The position numbers and the translations under genes are program-made. DNA of 64,000 nucleotides, from the NCBI GenBank assembly GCA_010909165.1, contig VJWM01000135.1:620001-684000 (forward strand). The letters are read 5' to 3'. Origin of the DNA: Anthoceros angustus. Taxonomy: Eukaryota > Plantae > Anthocerotophyta. Positions 47,715 through 61,734 of this stretch are shown piece by piece (positions within the stretch are counted from its first letter, which is position 1; each line of letters starts with the position of its first letter). The notes beneath the pieces are model-generated. The model did no database searches, was not told the origin of the DNA, and was given only the letters and a program-made list of their open reading frames with translations.

Positions 47715-48540
47715 ATCCTAAGCTAAGACCAAGTATCGGCGTTCCTACGGCTTGCGAGGCGACTTAGATGTAGCCTTTCACTACAGTGTTGACTGCTTTA
47801 CGAAGCGGAGACCAGGTGGGGTTCCCAACATCCGCTTTGGAAATAGTCTCCCCCTCATCCCTTTTGTCGCATCACGGTCCTCCCCCAGGCCTCAGTATCT
47901 CTGATTTGGAATAGGGACTCTGAAATGAGGTGCAGCATGCAGGCACCACAGTGCCACACTTCTGGTGTCTGACATCGTCCATCTCTTGCAGGCCACGCGT
48001 AAACCACCTGCAGCTGTGCATCTTGAAACCGTTGCGTGTCTGGACTGACAAAATTTGCAGACAGTGGAGGATCCTACCTCGGCCGCAGCGTGGCTCAAGT
48101 TAACAGGCCGAGAAGAAATTGTATATACCCCACCTTCCCCAGCTTTGAAGATAGGAAATCACAAATAACTTGCAAGCTACGATCAAGTATTGGCGTTCCT
48201 AGGTTCCCTCGACTCAGATGTAGCCTGGCTCTACACAGTTGGAGTGTGAGCTAAGCGTATACTACATTGCCCTGTCAATCTAGCCCCTGCGCGCTGGAAT
48301 TGCCACCCCCCAACCCCTTTTGTCGCATCCATTCACGTCCAGGGCTGCATCTTTAACTTGGCATTGGGAAAAGGAAACCAGGTGCAGCATGCAATCACCA
48401 CACTCCAGGTGTACATCATAGATCCCTCAGTTGAAAGGCCGAAAACGTCCCTGAGTTGAAAGGCCGACAACGTCCAAAGAAGGAATTGAATATACCCCAC
48501 CTTGCCCAGCTTTGGAGACTGCAAATTACACATAAATGGT
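47715..48540. repeat. Old tandem duplication of a ~370-455 bp unit downstream of TSPO
   Basis: Shared blocks caagtat(c/t)ggcgttccta, cccttttgtcgcatc, ggtgcagcatgca and tataccccacctt appear twice in the same order. Confidence 0.75.
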
Positions 48541-48694
48541 AAGCTGCACCATTTGAACGTGATTATGAACGATCAATAGCCCAACAACCAGTACCGTCGT
48601 CTGTCCTCCTGTTTAGCCGGAGAGGTGGTTGGAGCTCTGCCCTCGCCCGTTGGGTTCAGGATTTTTACGGTTGCTTCGAACAGCCTGCTGTACA

Positions 48695-49320
48695 GTGGCG
48701 GGCAAGAGTGATGTGTTGGTTGGCAGCACCAGCTGGTTTTAGAGTTGTGAGACTGATACGGGCAAGACTGATGTGTTGGTTGGCAGCACCTGCTGGTTTT
48801 AGAGTTGTGAGACTGATATGTCGATTGGCCGCACCAGTTGGGCTCTCAAATGCTCATTGGCCGCACCAGTTGGGCTCTCATATGTTGATTGGCCCCACCA
48901 GTTGGGCTCTCATATGTTGATTGCCCGCACCAGTTGGGCTCTCATATGTTGATTGGCCCCACCAGTTGGGCTCTCATGTTGATTGGCCCCACCAGTTGGG
49001 CTCTCATATGTTGATTGGCCGCACCAGTTGGGCTCGGAGTTGCAAGACTGATATGTTGATTGGCTACACCAGTTGGGCACAGAGTTGCAAGACTGATAAG
49101 CTGGTTGGCAACGTCGGTCCAACACCAGACTCATATGCTGGTTGGTGTTGACTGATATGCTGGTTGGCATCATCAGCTGGTTTTAGAGTTGCAAGACCGA
49201 TATGTTGATTGGCCGCACCAGCTGGGCATTGCAAGACTGATATGTTGATTGGCCGTACCAATTGGGCTCAAAGTTGCAAGATTGATAAGCTGGTTGGCAA
49301 TGCCGGTCTAACACCTGTTG
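48695..49320. repeat. Compound minisatellite (32-bp and ~42-53-bp unit variants)
   Basis: Core atatgttgattggccgcaccagttggg followed by either ctctc or ...agttgcaagactg. Confidence 0.92.
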
Positions 49321-49669
49321 GGGTTCCGTTAGCACCGCTTCATCTCTGCACATTTTTGCAATCCATGAGGGCCTTGTTTTGTGCTCTGCCAAATGTTGTA
49401 ACTCTTGGCACCACTTCATCTTTGCAGGTTTCTGTAATCCGTGAGGGCTTTGTTTTGTGCTCTACCCAATGTTGTAATTATTGCTCTGACACGGGTGTTT
49501 ATGGGTTCCACAAATACTGAATGTCAATTGACGAAGCTGATTGAGCACATCTTACACCTTTGAGAGAAGGTTGAAGAGGGGCTATTGATGTTCGGTATAG
49601 GTACTACAGCGGCAATTATGTTCTATCAAGATTTTACCTATGATAAGTTTTCGAGAGTTTGCAAACTAT

Positions 49670-50085
49670 ATCTGAAGAGTTATCTTTTTTTTTAATTTCA
49701 TATTTTAAAAATAAATCAAAACAAACATGGGGGAGAAATCTTCAGCAAGAGTTCTGACGAATTATCTATATAATTTCAAAGGAATACGAAGAAAAGTGAT
49801 ATCTCAAAAGCTATCTACATAATTGCAAAGGGGATAAGAGGAAGAAGGGTAATATCTCAAGAGTTATCTACAGAATTCCAAAGGGGATACCAAGAAGGGT
49901 GATATATGAAGAGTAATCTACATAATTTCACTGGGGATGCAAACAAGGGTGAAGAGTTATCTACATAATTTCAAAGGGGATACAAAGAAGGGTGAAGAGT
50001 TATCTACATAATTTCAAAGGGGATGCAAAGAAGGGTGAAAGGGTTATCTACCTAATTTCAAAGGGGATGCAAAGAAGAGTGACGA
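49670..50085. repeat. 43-49 bp minisatellite
   Basis: gaagagttatctacataatttcaaaggggatacaaagaagggt repeats with period 43 at 49951/49994/50037. Confidence 0.92.
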
Positions 50086-51489
50086 AGGTACGTACATTGC
50101 ATGGTAACACTATAGATAAATTAATGTTAATTAGTTACCAAAAGATATGTAATTAGATTAATTAATTCTAATCAAACACAAGTGCATAAATTAGTGTCAC
50201 ACGGCATGACACATACCATGCGTAAAAGCCAACACACTAAGTTAATGTTGTGCTTAATTATAGACTACAATGCAAAACCAAAATCTCAGGATAAAAACTT
50301 ACATTGGCCCTGTACTTTTCAATGTTGTTGCTAAAGAGGAAATGCAAAAGAAATTAGGAATATAGGGATTAAAGAATTTTGCAATAAGAATAAGGAAATA
50401 GAGTAATTAAAATTTACTCTATTATCCTAATAATTAATTAGGATAATTATTGTTTAGGATAATCACTATGACCTAGCGCTAATGCGCGGGTCTAATCATG
50501 TCCGCATCACGATGTACTACTGTTTGTGACTGGTACATGACCTAGCATGTGGGGTGCATGACTTAGCATGTAGATGGCATAAGAACTAACGAACCGTTAA
50601 GACAACTGAACTACATTTCAGTCTCATCAGGTATTGAAGGATCCTGGCCTGATGAATCCATTGCGCAAGGTTACTTTTGCAAAGTAAATCTCTTATATAT
50701 TTCTGGAAACTTTGTATAATCTTGTTCTTATCATTGTCAGACCACTTTGGATAGTAATCTATTACAGCCTCGAAGATTCTTATCACATATTCTTCATGGA
50801 TTTTAACCTTAGGCCAAAAGTTCTCATCTTGGAAGTTCCTTATGTCCACCTTGTAATTCTTGAATGTCCGCTCAGCATACCTGCATCAAGTAGATTAGGC
50901 AAATAATTTTAAGATAGACTAAATGAACTAACTACAGGACATGCTCAACAAGCTCAAGAATAAACTCAACAAGAACCCAAAAGCATGAACTACTTACCAA
51001 CTAACAGACTACATATTGAATTGACTACTTAACTAATTACCTCCACCTAGACACTAACAGTCTTACAAACTGGACTGACCTATGATGGATTAAGAGACCA
51101 ACAAACATGGCTCAACCTGAACAGACATAAAAATAATGTTCTGGATAACTACTTACCTATACACCTACTCTTACCGACTCACATTCACAATTTAACTGGA
51201 CTTAACTTGCTGAATGAACTCAATGAATGAAAGGTTAAATGATTTAACTTACTTAATGACTGAACTTACCAATTGATTGCAATTCTTGAACAACTAACCT
51301 AGTGACCTCCGAATTTGAACTAATGACTTGTCTTAGCACTCTCAGCAACGAAAAAAACAATATGTGAATAATCTTAAGCCGAAGGTTAACTTACTCTACA
51401 AACTCGCCCCAGAATCCTTCCTTGAAAGCTTAAATCGGGCTAGAATTGTCAAATGTTATATAAACCTTAAGTTATACCATCGTCTAGGT

Positions 51490-52020
51490 TTGTTCTCGAA
51501 AGGTTTTTTACACAACCATCGAGTCCGTGGTGGAAGCGATGATGGACTATGATCCCGAGTTGGAAACGCATGGCTGGAAAATTTAATGCCTTGTGCCATA
51601 TACTCCTTTCATCGTACCATCATCCAAGTTTTTTTCCCGAGGGGCTTTCCTACACAACTATTAGACCCATGATTGAAACGAAAATGGACTACATCCCACG
51701 CTGGAAATGCCATGTGCCTTATAGACCTTGTGTTGTACCATCTTCCAAGTTTGTTCCTAAAGGGCCCTTCTACACAACTATCAGGCGCGTGGTTGAAGTG
51801 GTGATGGACTATCTTAACCCACAGGAAACACCACATGCCATATACACCTTTAATTTGTTGCACTTTCGTCCATGTTTGTTCTCAGAGGACTTTCCTACAC
51901 CACCATCGGGCCCGTGGTTGAAGCGATCCCGCGTTGGAAATGCAATGTGCCATATGCACTTTTAATTTGTGTTCTGGCACCGTCCCAGATTTCATCATCT
52001 AGGGTTCTTCCCAAGGGACT
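51490..52020. repeat. Degenerate ~120-140 bp repeat, ~4 copies
   Basis: Recurrent ctacacaactatc..gtggttgaa..g..atggacta..atccc..g.tggaaatgc.atgtgccatat. Confidence 0.65.
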
Positions 52021-52602
52021 ATCCTTTTTGTTATGCATAATTTACTTTGGGCATATACATGCTGCTTTGTGAATAGAATATATATTTGGCATGTATATAC
52101 CCCTCTATCCTAGCCTTTTTAATTCTTGGAGTAAAGAAAAACAATGGGCAAGAAAATGTATGGGTATGCTTAGTACATGTGATCCAAAACAATTTGCCCT
52201 ACAAAATGAATGCGAACATCCCACTAAGTAGTATGGCCCACCATTTGGGAACTCACCCTAGAGGGGTGCCCTCCGGTTCCTGTGTCTGTCAACAAGCCTA
52301 TGCCATAGCTTCTTTCCGATGCCCATATCGACACAATCCTCATGTGCTCTATGTGCCATGCTCCATTCCCTATGCTCCATACCCATATGTCTCAAGAGAC
52401 AACGATGCCCTCATGGCTGGCTCGTGCCGCGGGGCTTTAGGGTAACACATTTAAAGTCCTATATATTCATAGATTTGTAGTTTGGTTTTGTCTACACCCG
52501 CTGCTACTGATTTTTAGTATAGTGGTGAGTGATTTTGCTTGTGGCTCTAACGACGCGAGTTTGGACTTAGGTAAAGAGAATAATCTTCTGCGACAAGTCT
52601 TC

Positions 52603-52684
52603 AATAATTTCTTTGAGCCCAGAGATTTGATGAAGTTTTTCTTTAATAATTTCTTTGAGCCCAAAGATTTGATGAAGTTTTTCT
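52603..52684. repeat. 42-bp tandem duplication
   Basis: aataatttctttgagccca(g/a)agatttgatgaagtttttct occurs twice. Confidence 0.9.
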
Positions 52685-53597
52685 CCCATACCCGATGTCA
52701 TGGTGAGGGTTAGGCCACCATGCCTGCATATTTTCCTTTCTCCGTTTTCAGCGAGTGCCGAATGTATTATTCACATTCATTTTGTAAGGCAAAATAGCTT
52801 GTGGCGCCTAGAGAACTAGTGGGCGCTCTTATAATCTCTTAGTGGTCCTGAGACTAACTATGTAACGTACAGGCATATGTATATTAATTTAAGACAAGTT
52901 GAGAGAACTTCAATAACCCAACATTGGCATCCAACCCTTGCAATATGCACAAGCTAGTAAAGCAAGGAACTCGTAGTAGGCAGTGCATCTCTGCAACCCC
53001 TTAATTGCACTCTAACCCGCCTTTCAGACTTCGTGCCTTGGCCTATGGACTAGAGAACCACGGTTTTCGGCTGGGACCCCTTGCAGGGCAAGACCCACCC
53101 GCCTGACGTTTCCACACATTAATCGCAAGCTCTAAGCCCGTTAGAGACTAGGTAGGCAGTGTTGAGTGGAACTTATGGAGGGACTGCGCCTAAACCAGCT
53201 GAATTCTACACTCTCCTAGTGACAAAACCAGTTCCACGGAAGTTAAAAAAGAAGCAAAGAAGGACACCTTCCTGAAAGTAGTGACCCATTACATTAATTT
53301 AGTGAAGTCGAAGGATAACTATCTCACGCCATGACCCTTTCCACCCAAGAGCCAGCTGCGAGGAAAGAGAGAAACCGAAAGCTAAACTACTGAATAATCT
53401 ACACGCTGAGAACGTACTTCACGCCAGTGAGACTTACTAACAACATCCAGATAGACAGAACTACAGCTCATGCCTAGAGTAACCTGCAAAACCACCACAT
53501 GCGATACTCAGTCATAGGCAACCCACAGATGCGCAACAAGAGGGGAAATCAGTAAACTAGAAGTGTACGAACGGGATAGATTACCTTGAAGGGCAAA

Positions 53598-55745
53598 TCA
53601 ACGACGATATGGGGCATACTGTGGTGAGAGAGATCTGTCACGCTGGCCCCGATAAGGAGAATATCGTGGAGACCTTTCTCGTCCTCCCCCGTAGGGCAAA
53701 TACTCTGGGGAATGGCGTTGGCTGCGTCCATCACGGTGGAAACCACCACCACGACCTCCTCTTCTGCTCGATTGCACAGCTGTGGAGGAAGAGAAACATG
53801 AGGCAGAAAATGAGAACGTATCAGAGAAGAATACATGAATACCTGGGCCAACTGAAGTCTCGACATACAGCATACCTCTGACACCCAAGTATTCTCCAGG
53901 AGTTGGAGTCCTTGCACGTCTCCGTTTAGCCTGTGATTCATAAGAACATCAGAAGAAATACAGAGCAGCAACATTCTGCAGATTTGGGACAGTACGAACC
54001 TCCATCCCAATTTCCTGCAACAGCTCAGATAAAAAAAGCCCCTCAGCAGGAGATTGCGTGATGTCCAATGTGAGGAAATGAGATTCACAGAGGAGCAAGC
54101 CACAAGCTTCACTCATTCCATAAAACCAAAAGCGACAGAACTGGGTAGGCAAACAACGCAACTTACTGGAAACTGCAAAAGCAGTAGATCACTCAGATTG
54201 ATTAACTGATCTGAGAGGAAAAATATTGTGGCACCAAGAGCAACATGGATGCAGGTAATCCGGAGGCCTCTGATGGAGGCCAATAGGCTGCTAAATTCGA
54301 TTGCACTCGAGACCAAACAGCTCCCAAATTCAACAAAGCCGAAGGCTCAAGATTAGCAGTTGCAGACATGGGTGGAGCCGTGGCTAGATCGGGAAGGAGT
54401 TATGGTCGCAGGAAGCTCGATTTGCTGTCGCACTTCTCCTTGATTAGCCTATTGGATTTGATTCAGCCAGTCAGAAGCGAGGATGTAGACACCACACAGG
54501 TCATTAAAGGCTGGCAGTTTGTTCAGTTACAGCTGATCTGAAGCAGAGCCCTTTAGCCTAGGACCTTGGCACTCAGATTTGTCAATAGCTGCTGACTGCA
54601 AGTTGCCGCCCTTTGAAATGGGCCAGGATGCCACTGTTTGACAATTGCTGACACTTGCTAGATTGCCGATGCAGTGACTAAAAATAGGGATCTTGGCGGC
54701 GCAAAATGGGGCCGAGATTTCTGGATGACCAAAAGGTCAACGATACCATTAGCAACCACCAGGTCAAAGTTCCTCACAGTGGATGTGCCTATCATGATAA
54801 AGACTCAACATGAGTGACCTGGACAAACATCAGTGCCATGCATACCCCTGTGTCATACCCACTTACAGGCTCACCTTTTCCACAGTGATCATTCGGCCTT
54901 CAAGAGTTGAGCGGTTCAGGTACTTGATGCAGCGCTCAGCGTCCTCCAAATGCTCCATGGTCACAAATCCAAATCCACGAGATTCCCTTGTTCGTGGATC
55001 CAACACCAGTCGACACTCCAGTACCTGAAAATATCGAACACTTGTGTTAATCCTCAGACTTCAAACCTCACACAAAAAGTGTGCTTTGCAAGTCAACTCC
55101 TGCTGCAAGAAGCCTCCACCTTGCCCTCGCGAGAAAAATGTTCTTCGAGATCCTTTTCGTTTACGCGTGTGGACAACCCTGTAACGTACAGATTGTTGCC
55201 TGGATTCAAAGCGTCCGACTTGAACCTCTTGCCCCGGTCACTGCTTCGGTCTCTAGTTCTTTCACCACCCCTATCACTTCGGTCACTTCTGTCTCCGCTC
55301 CGATCATTCCTGTCACTCCTGTCAGACCTGCACCCCAGGGTAAGAACAGTCTGTTCCACGAGTGTACAGCTAGCTAACGACACCTAACAAACACAATCGA
55401 AAACCTACCGGCGTGCCGGGCTCCGCGACCGAGAACGACCACGTTCAGACTTCTCCCGTGGAGGGGACAGTGAGCTAGAATACCTTCACAAAAAACACTC
55501 ACAAGCTTCAACAACACGGACATCGGTGTTCCCCAGTGAAACCCATCACCCAAAACCAACATTTCAAAAAAAAAAAAAATCGCAGCCGGGCCTCACCTGC
55601 GCCTCGGTGGTGACTCTGCCTGTGACACAAACCAAATCAACCCAACGAACGTTAAAAGAACGCGCACCGAAAGACCATCGCCCAAAACAAAACAAAACAA
55701 AACCCACACAGCCTCCCCTCAACCCAAAAGCACCGTGCTCACCAT
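53598..55745 (-). CDS. SR45a: SR45a/Tra2-like RS-RRM-RS splicing factor
   Basis: ATG at 55745-55743, 23-nt exon 55619-55597, then RSRSRSP, NPGNNLYVTGLSTRV, RESRGFGFVTM, ITVEK-AKRRRARTPTPGEYLG, RSPRYSPYR. Confidence 0.93.
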
Positions 55746-56396
55746 ATTAGACGGGGAAAAGCTGTCTCTGGCTACCACGGACAGAACTCTGCCGATCCTG
55801 ATAGCTGCCACAATCAGGGAAGCCACACCAACCTCACACCCCCACGTCCCCGGACAGCCTTTGAGAAGCAACGCCTTGAAGCACCCAACAACAAGGCCCG
55901 CAGCACAGGCAGAAGGCACCTGCCACCGAGACCCAGCCGTGAGACGCGACACCCCACGCTCACGCTACCTTAGAGCCGTTGAGGCCCTGAGAGGCCGCAA
56001 AACAAGAAACCAAAAGCCCGGTGGGCAGAAACAAGACACAAAACCTGTCCCGGCGTGCCGAGTCTCAACAATCTGCTTTAGCTAAAGCGCAGGAATAAAA
56101 AAGGACCTGCAGCGCTAGCAAGAAAGCAGCAGCGACGGCTGCCTCGCCTCGCTTTGCTCGCACCGCTGTCTCCAATGAGGCAAAGCAGAGCAACGTTTGT
56201 TTGCCCAAACTGTTTTTGGTCTGGCCTCGTCTTTGCTTTCCGCTTCGCCTTTGACCATTGACCTAAATGTGAACTCCGTCACTTTTTAAGTACCTCCATA
56301 ATGTAGGTAGGCATTGCGAGCCCCATTAATGCTAATTAAACAAATTAATGATTTGCAGCATCGCTTCGACTGGGAGCCTGCTGCCTGCTCACCACC

Positions 56397-57875
56397 ATGG
56401 CGGCCTCGCTCCCTGTGCCGCCCGGTCTCGGCTGCGGGCCTTCCCTGCACGCTGCGCTTGCGCTGCCTCCATCGCGCTGGCTCCAGGTCGGGGCCGCCGG
56501 GCCGGGATTGGCTGCATCGGGTCGTGATCGGAGGCGGCGGCTGGTTTGCAGGTGCAAGCAGGTGTCGCCGATCAGCAGAGGTACTGGTGCGTCTGTGGCT
56601 GGAGGAGAGGAGGATTAGGGTTTTGGGTTTCCCTTACCATCGTGCTTCCAGGTGCCAGTGACAAGGGAGGTGCGGCTGCCGCTCCCGCTCCTGCTCCCGC
56701 CGCTGCCGTCCCCAAGGCCGTCGAGGTGCGGGACCTGGGGCTCAGCGTGAAGGGTAGCAAGGGCGAGGTGGCTGTTCTCAAAGGCTGCACCTTGTCCGTA
56801 CCCGCAGGGCAGCTCTGGATGCTGCTGGGGCCGAATGGATGTGGCAAATCCACTCTTCTAAAGGTCGTCAACTGGTAAACTACGCACATTTTGGCCTTCC
56901 GTTGCTGTGTGGATCGGTGTGGTGGGGAAGGATTGGGTTTTGATTTTTTTTTTTTTTTGGTTTTCCTTGTTACATTGGCAGGCGTTGGCTGGACTTTTGA
57001 GGCCCAGTTCGGGACGGATGTACGTGGTTGGCCCTAAGAGCTTTGTTTTTCAGAACCCTGATCATCAGGTGAGGGTTGTCTGGGTAGCGTTCAGGTTGAA
57101 GATAGTAGTCACTAGGTGATAAATTTGGCGTGCCTTGCTGAATGGTGTTGCTAGTTTCTGCTCGGGTGGAAGCATTCTCATGCACCATCTTGACATGTTT
57201 CGTGATTTTCCTGGCGTGTTGCTGACCGGTTGCAGGTGGTAATGCCCTCTGCGGCGTCTGATGTTGCGTTTGGGCTAGGCCAGTCTGGATTACCCAGAGA
57301 GGAAGTACGGGCCAGGGTGCAAAGGTCTTTGGAGGCCGTGGGAATGTCTGATTATGCCGAGGTAGATGTTGTTCGATTGATTTCTTTGGTGTCGATGTCA
57401 CTTTTGTCAGTGTAAATTCAATGACACCTCTTGCTTTTGAAAAGCAGAGACCTGTTTCAACTTTAAGTGGTGGGCAAAAGCAAAGGGTTGCCATAGCAGG
57501 CGCAATAGCTGAGGAGAGCCGAGTCCTTCTGCTTGATGAGCTGACCACTTTTCTAGATGAGCGCGACCAGGTTCGAAACCGATGATAGCTGAATGGGTTC
57601 CTCGTTTGCTTATTTCTTTCTGGTAGCACTGATGCTGATGAGTATTTCAACAGATGGGGGTATTGCAAGCAGTGCGTGGTATTGTTGGTGGACCACAGGC
57701 AGTAACTGCTTTATGGGTCACGCACAGACTAGAGGAGCTTGAGTATGCGGATGGAGCATTCTACATGGAGCAGGGAAGCATTGTTTGTGGTGGAAGCATT
57801 GAGGAAGTGAAGCGCTTCATTCAGCTTCGGCAAGAGCAATTTAATCAGAGTAGTGGGTTTCCTAGTGCACCATAA
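56397..57875 (+). CDS. ABCI10: ABCI10/NAP13-like (EcfA-type) plastid ABC ATPase, 6 exons
   Basis: [60 protein letters not shown], plus a transit peptide. Confidence 0.93.
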
Positions 57876-58678
57876 CCTGGCAGGACCTCATCTTGGTAAT
57901 CTGCTCAGCGAACATGGAGCATCAAAGATGGAACAAATCTGGTAACTTTGGCTCGCCTGGATTCATCTTTGGAGGGGTCTCCCACATTGCTTGGGTCACT
58001 CGCTGTTCTCGACTTCTCCGGCTGGCATCTATGGTTGCCGGTCCATGTGCCTTATCCAGGTTGACTACAGGCATGTAGTGAGAGGCATTTCTGGGCCACG
58101 TTAAACCAGGTGCCTACTTCAGTTTGACTTCATTTATGTTATGAGGGCAGGATAACGGCCAACTTTTGATGTTGTGTGTCCACGTCTGAACAGCAGGTGT
58201 GTTACTGTTGCCCTGTGCTTTTTACCCTGCCCTCACATTTGAAGGTTCTGGATTTAACTATTACCGGGCAATCATTTTTGTCCGTGTTGCAGGATGAGGC
58301 TGGTCTTGAAACACAGTCTACAAATTTGTCAAACCCGTGAATCATGAGATGAGAGCTAGGGCCCAAGACTTCTGGGCACGCATTGGCGTTTGGCCAGGTA
58401 CTAAGGCCTTTGAATTTACAAAGACTTATGACTTTCAATTTGCAATACATATATCCTCCATGGAAATCGTACGACTCCGACTCCACACGTGCAGACACGA
58501 CGGGTCCCGTCTGGGTTTCAAGGGCACTTTTACTTTCCTTGGTGTTGTGATCATCAACAAGTTCTGAAAACAGGATTGGGTGTTGCATTTTCATCAAATC
58601 CGCCATCAATAAATGGAAACGGGAGGGCCTCGACTTACAGCACTGTCCAGCATGAGTATCTAAAGTGACCGCTGGGCT

Positions 58679-61600
58679 TCAGGGAGTATCATTCTGGTAT
58701 TTTTCCTGGAACACGTTGCACACTTCCTCGTCTGCAGGCTTTTTTGGGACGTTATCAAATTGGGCAAGAATATCATAAGTTATTTTATCTGGAGAGCAGC
58801 CCCTTTCCTTCATCTCCATGTGTAACTTGCGCGCATCTTCATACCTCCCAAAATCCCCTAGGCCGCCTATGACGGTGTTGTAGGTGACAACATCTGGCAC
58901 ACAGCCATCGCTACGCATCTGTCTCATAAGGGTTTCACCTTTACTCACTTGACCAGCCCTGCAGAGACCCGCAATAAGGATGTTGTACAGAATGAGATCT
59001 GCAACGAATTTCTTCTCCCTCATTTCCTGGAACAGTTCCCAGGCTTCGTCTACCCTAGATTCTTGGCAAAGACCAGTGATCAGGATGTGGTAAGTCACTC
59101 TATCTGCGACCACATTCGCATCCTTCATCTCTTGGAACAGATTAAGAGCCTCGTCTACTTGATCTGCCCTTCTCAGTCCATCCATCATGGAGTTGTATGT
59201 GATGACATCCATGTCAAAGCCCAATGCTTTCATTTCTTGCAAAAGATTCCAAGCCTCATCCATCTCTCCTGCTTTTCCAAGTCCAGAAATCACAGTATTG
59301 TATGTCACCAGATTTGGTTCACATCCTTGTTCCTTCATCTCTCTGAATAGAGTCCAGGCCCTATCAATGTAACCCGCTTTGCTCAGTCTGTTGACGAGTG
59401 TGGAGTAAACATATACATCTGGCTTGCAACCCGCCTCTTTCATTGCGCTAAATAGATTACAGGCTTCCTCAACCAGCCCCATACTACCGACAATATTAAT
59501 AATAGCATTGAAGGTGAACCCATCTGGTTTCAATCCTTTGGCCTTCAGTTCACCAAAAAGCTCGTATGCATCTTGCAGTTCTCCAGCCTTCCCCAACGCA
59601 TAGAGAAGTGTGTTCCATGTGATCAGATCTGGATTGCAGCCATCTTTTTGCATTTGCACATAGATATCTTTGGCTTTGTTAGGCTGACCAGCCTTGCCCA
59701 GCCCGTAAATGAGGGCATTGTAAGTTTGAAGACCAGGGACACAATTCTTCAATTTCATCTCTGCAAAAAGTTGCAAGGCTTTATCAATCTGCTCATCCTT
59801 GCCGTGTCCGTCAATGAGTGTCGTATATGTTATGGTGTTTGGCGAACACCCTTGGTGTTGCATTTCCTGAAAAAGACGGTCCGCTAAGTCCATCTTTCCT
59901 ACCCTTACTGCAGCACCAATCACGGTGTTGTAAGTCACCTGATCCCTAGCACAACCAACCCTTTCCATCTCTTCAAAGATCTCAAAGGCCTTCTCAAATC
60001 TGCCTGCCTTTGAAAGACCTGCAATCAGAACATTATAATTGAGCACTTCCGGAACAAACGATTTCGCTTTCATATCCTCAAACAGCATGTAAGCTTGATC
60101 AATCATTTCAGCCTTACAATATGCATCCAGGAAAATAGAATATGTCACAGTATCTGGGAAACGACCTCTTCGCCTCATGTCATCCATGTGCTTGGATGCT
60201 TTGTCTAGTTGACCAGCTTTACAAAGGCCATGCAAGTAAGAGTTGTGGGTCACAATATTAGCTGAACAGCCTTCTTGCTCCATCTTTACAAAAAGTTTCA
60301 GAGCATCGTCTATCTGACCTGCTTTAGCAAAAGCAGACATTAGCGTGTTGTATGTTATAAGACCTGGGGTACACCCGGCTCTACTCATACTGTCAAACAG
60401 GTCCAGGGCCATCTCCATCTTGCCCGCTTTCCCACAGCCATCAATCAGTATGTTGTAAATGATCACATTTGGCTGAGGTCCCCCAGCTCTCATATTCGTG
60501 AACATCTGATATGCTTCATCAATCCTGTTCGCCTTGCAAAGTCCAAAGATGATAGCACAATATGTGAAGACATTTGCTGGACAACCATTCGTCTTCATGT
60601 CCTCAAACAGCGACAAGGCGTCATCCAGTTTGCCTGCTTTGACAAAGCAATCAATTACACTGTTGTATGTCCTAGTGTCTGGACGAAGCCCAAGAGCCAG
60701 CATCTGTTCATACATTTGCTGAGCCGTGTGATGGAATTTTCCCTTCACTAGGATATCAATAAGGCAGTTGTAATTGATCACATTCGGCTTGCAGCCAAAG
60801 CTTCTGAACCTCTCAAACGCATTGATTGCGCCTTTGTAATTCCTGGCCTTGCCATAGCTTGTCAGAATTCCAGTCAAAGTGACAGCTGAGAGCTCACATT
60901 TATCAATCCGCATTTCCTCAACCAGGTTCCACATAGCCACAAGGTTTCCTGCGTCACCCAGTTTATGAATTATCATGGTATATGTGTACGCATTGTGTTT
61001 GTACCCTTTTTGCTGCTCCGCCCAATTGAAGAATGACAAAGACAGTTGTACATCTTTCAGCTGCCTCAGTACTTCTGCTACAACATAAGGCCTTAAGGTT
61101 ACCTTCAGCTGTTCCAATGCTTGGACCACAGCTGAATCCCACTTGCCCCCTTCCAGTATGTCAACAATGGCCTTGATCTGACGAGCCTCATTCTGGGGTG
61201 CCAATTTCCGCCTAAGCTCACTGAAAACCTTGCTTCGCAAAGGATTTCCCTCCAGCATATCGTTGAGGTTGAGCGTTCCAACATTTGGGCGTAACGACCT
61301 TGCAATGCCAGCATTCAGCCTCTGTGCATCCGTACCAGGCTCAACAGCGAAACCGGGGCACTTCCTGACATATGTGTCGGATGATGGCCTGGATGGGGTA
61401 GCCGATGCTGGTCCTGCAAGGAACGAACCCAACACACTACTTCAACAACAAAAAATCATCCAACAGCCAAGGAGAAGATTCGAACGACCCAGCAGCAGAC
61501 AGAACGCCAGGATCCCAGAAAGAGCTACAACGCAGCTTGGAGCACAGCATTGCAACAGTCGTACACGCAGCTGAGCTGCACACTACCTGCGAAGCATGTT

Positions 61601-61734
61601 TTGGGGGAGCGAGTAGATGCTTCTAGCCCACAACCGCAGCCCCTGTTGAAGGAGAAGTGTGCCATAGCATGTCGGGCTCGGGACAGGGGCAGCGGAGCTT
61701 CGGCTACAACCCAACGGTGTCCGGCCAGACACAT
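58679..61734 (-). CDS. Large P-class PPR protein (~20 motifs)
   Basis: Long ORF of tandem 35-aa P motifs. An in-phase intron 61586-61414 joins an upstream exon (ATG 61734, tentative). Confidence 0.92.

Noticed and set aside
48695-50085. CRISPR-like appearance of the repeat arrays
   Set aside because: No unique spacers and no cas genes; eukaryotic minisatellites.
50410-50850. Possible Helitron end hairpin and a TE-like ORF (50586-50849)
   Set aside because: The hairpin is imperfect, no CTRR terminus follows closely, and the ORF family is unrecognised.
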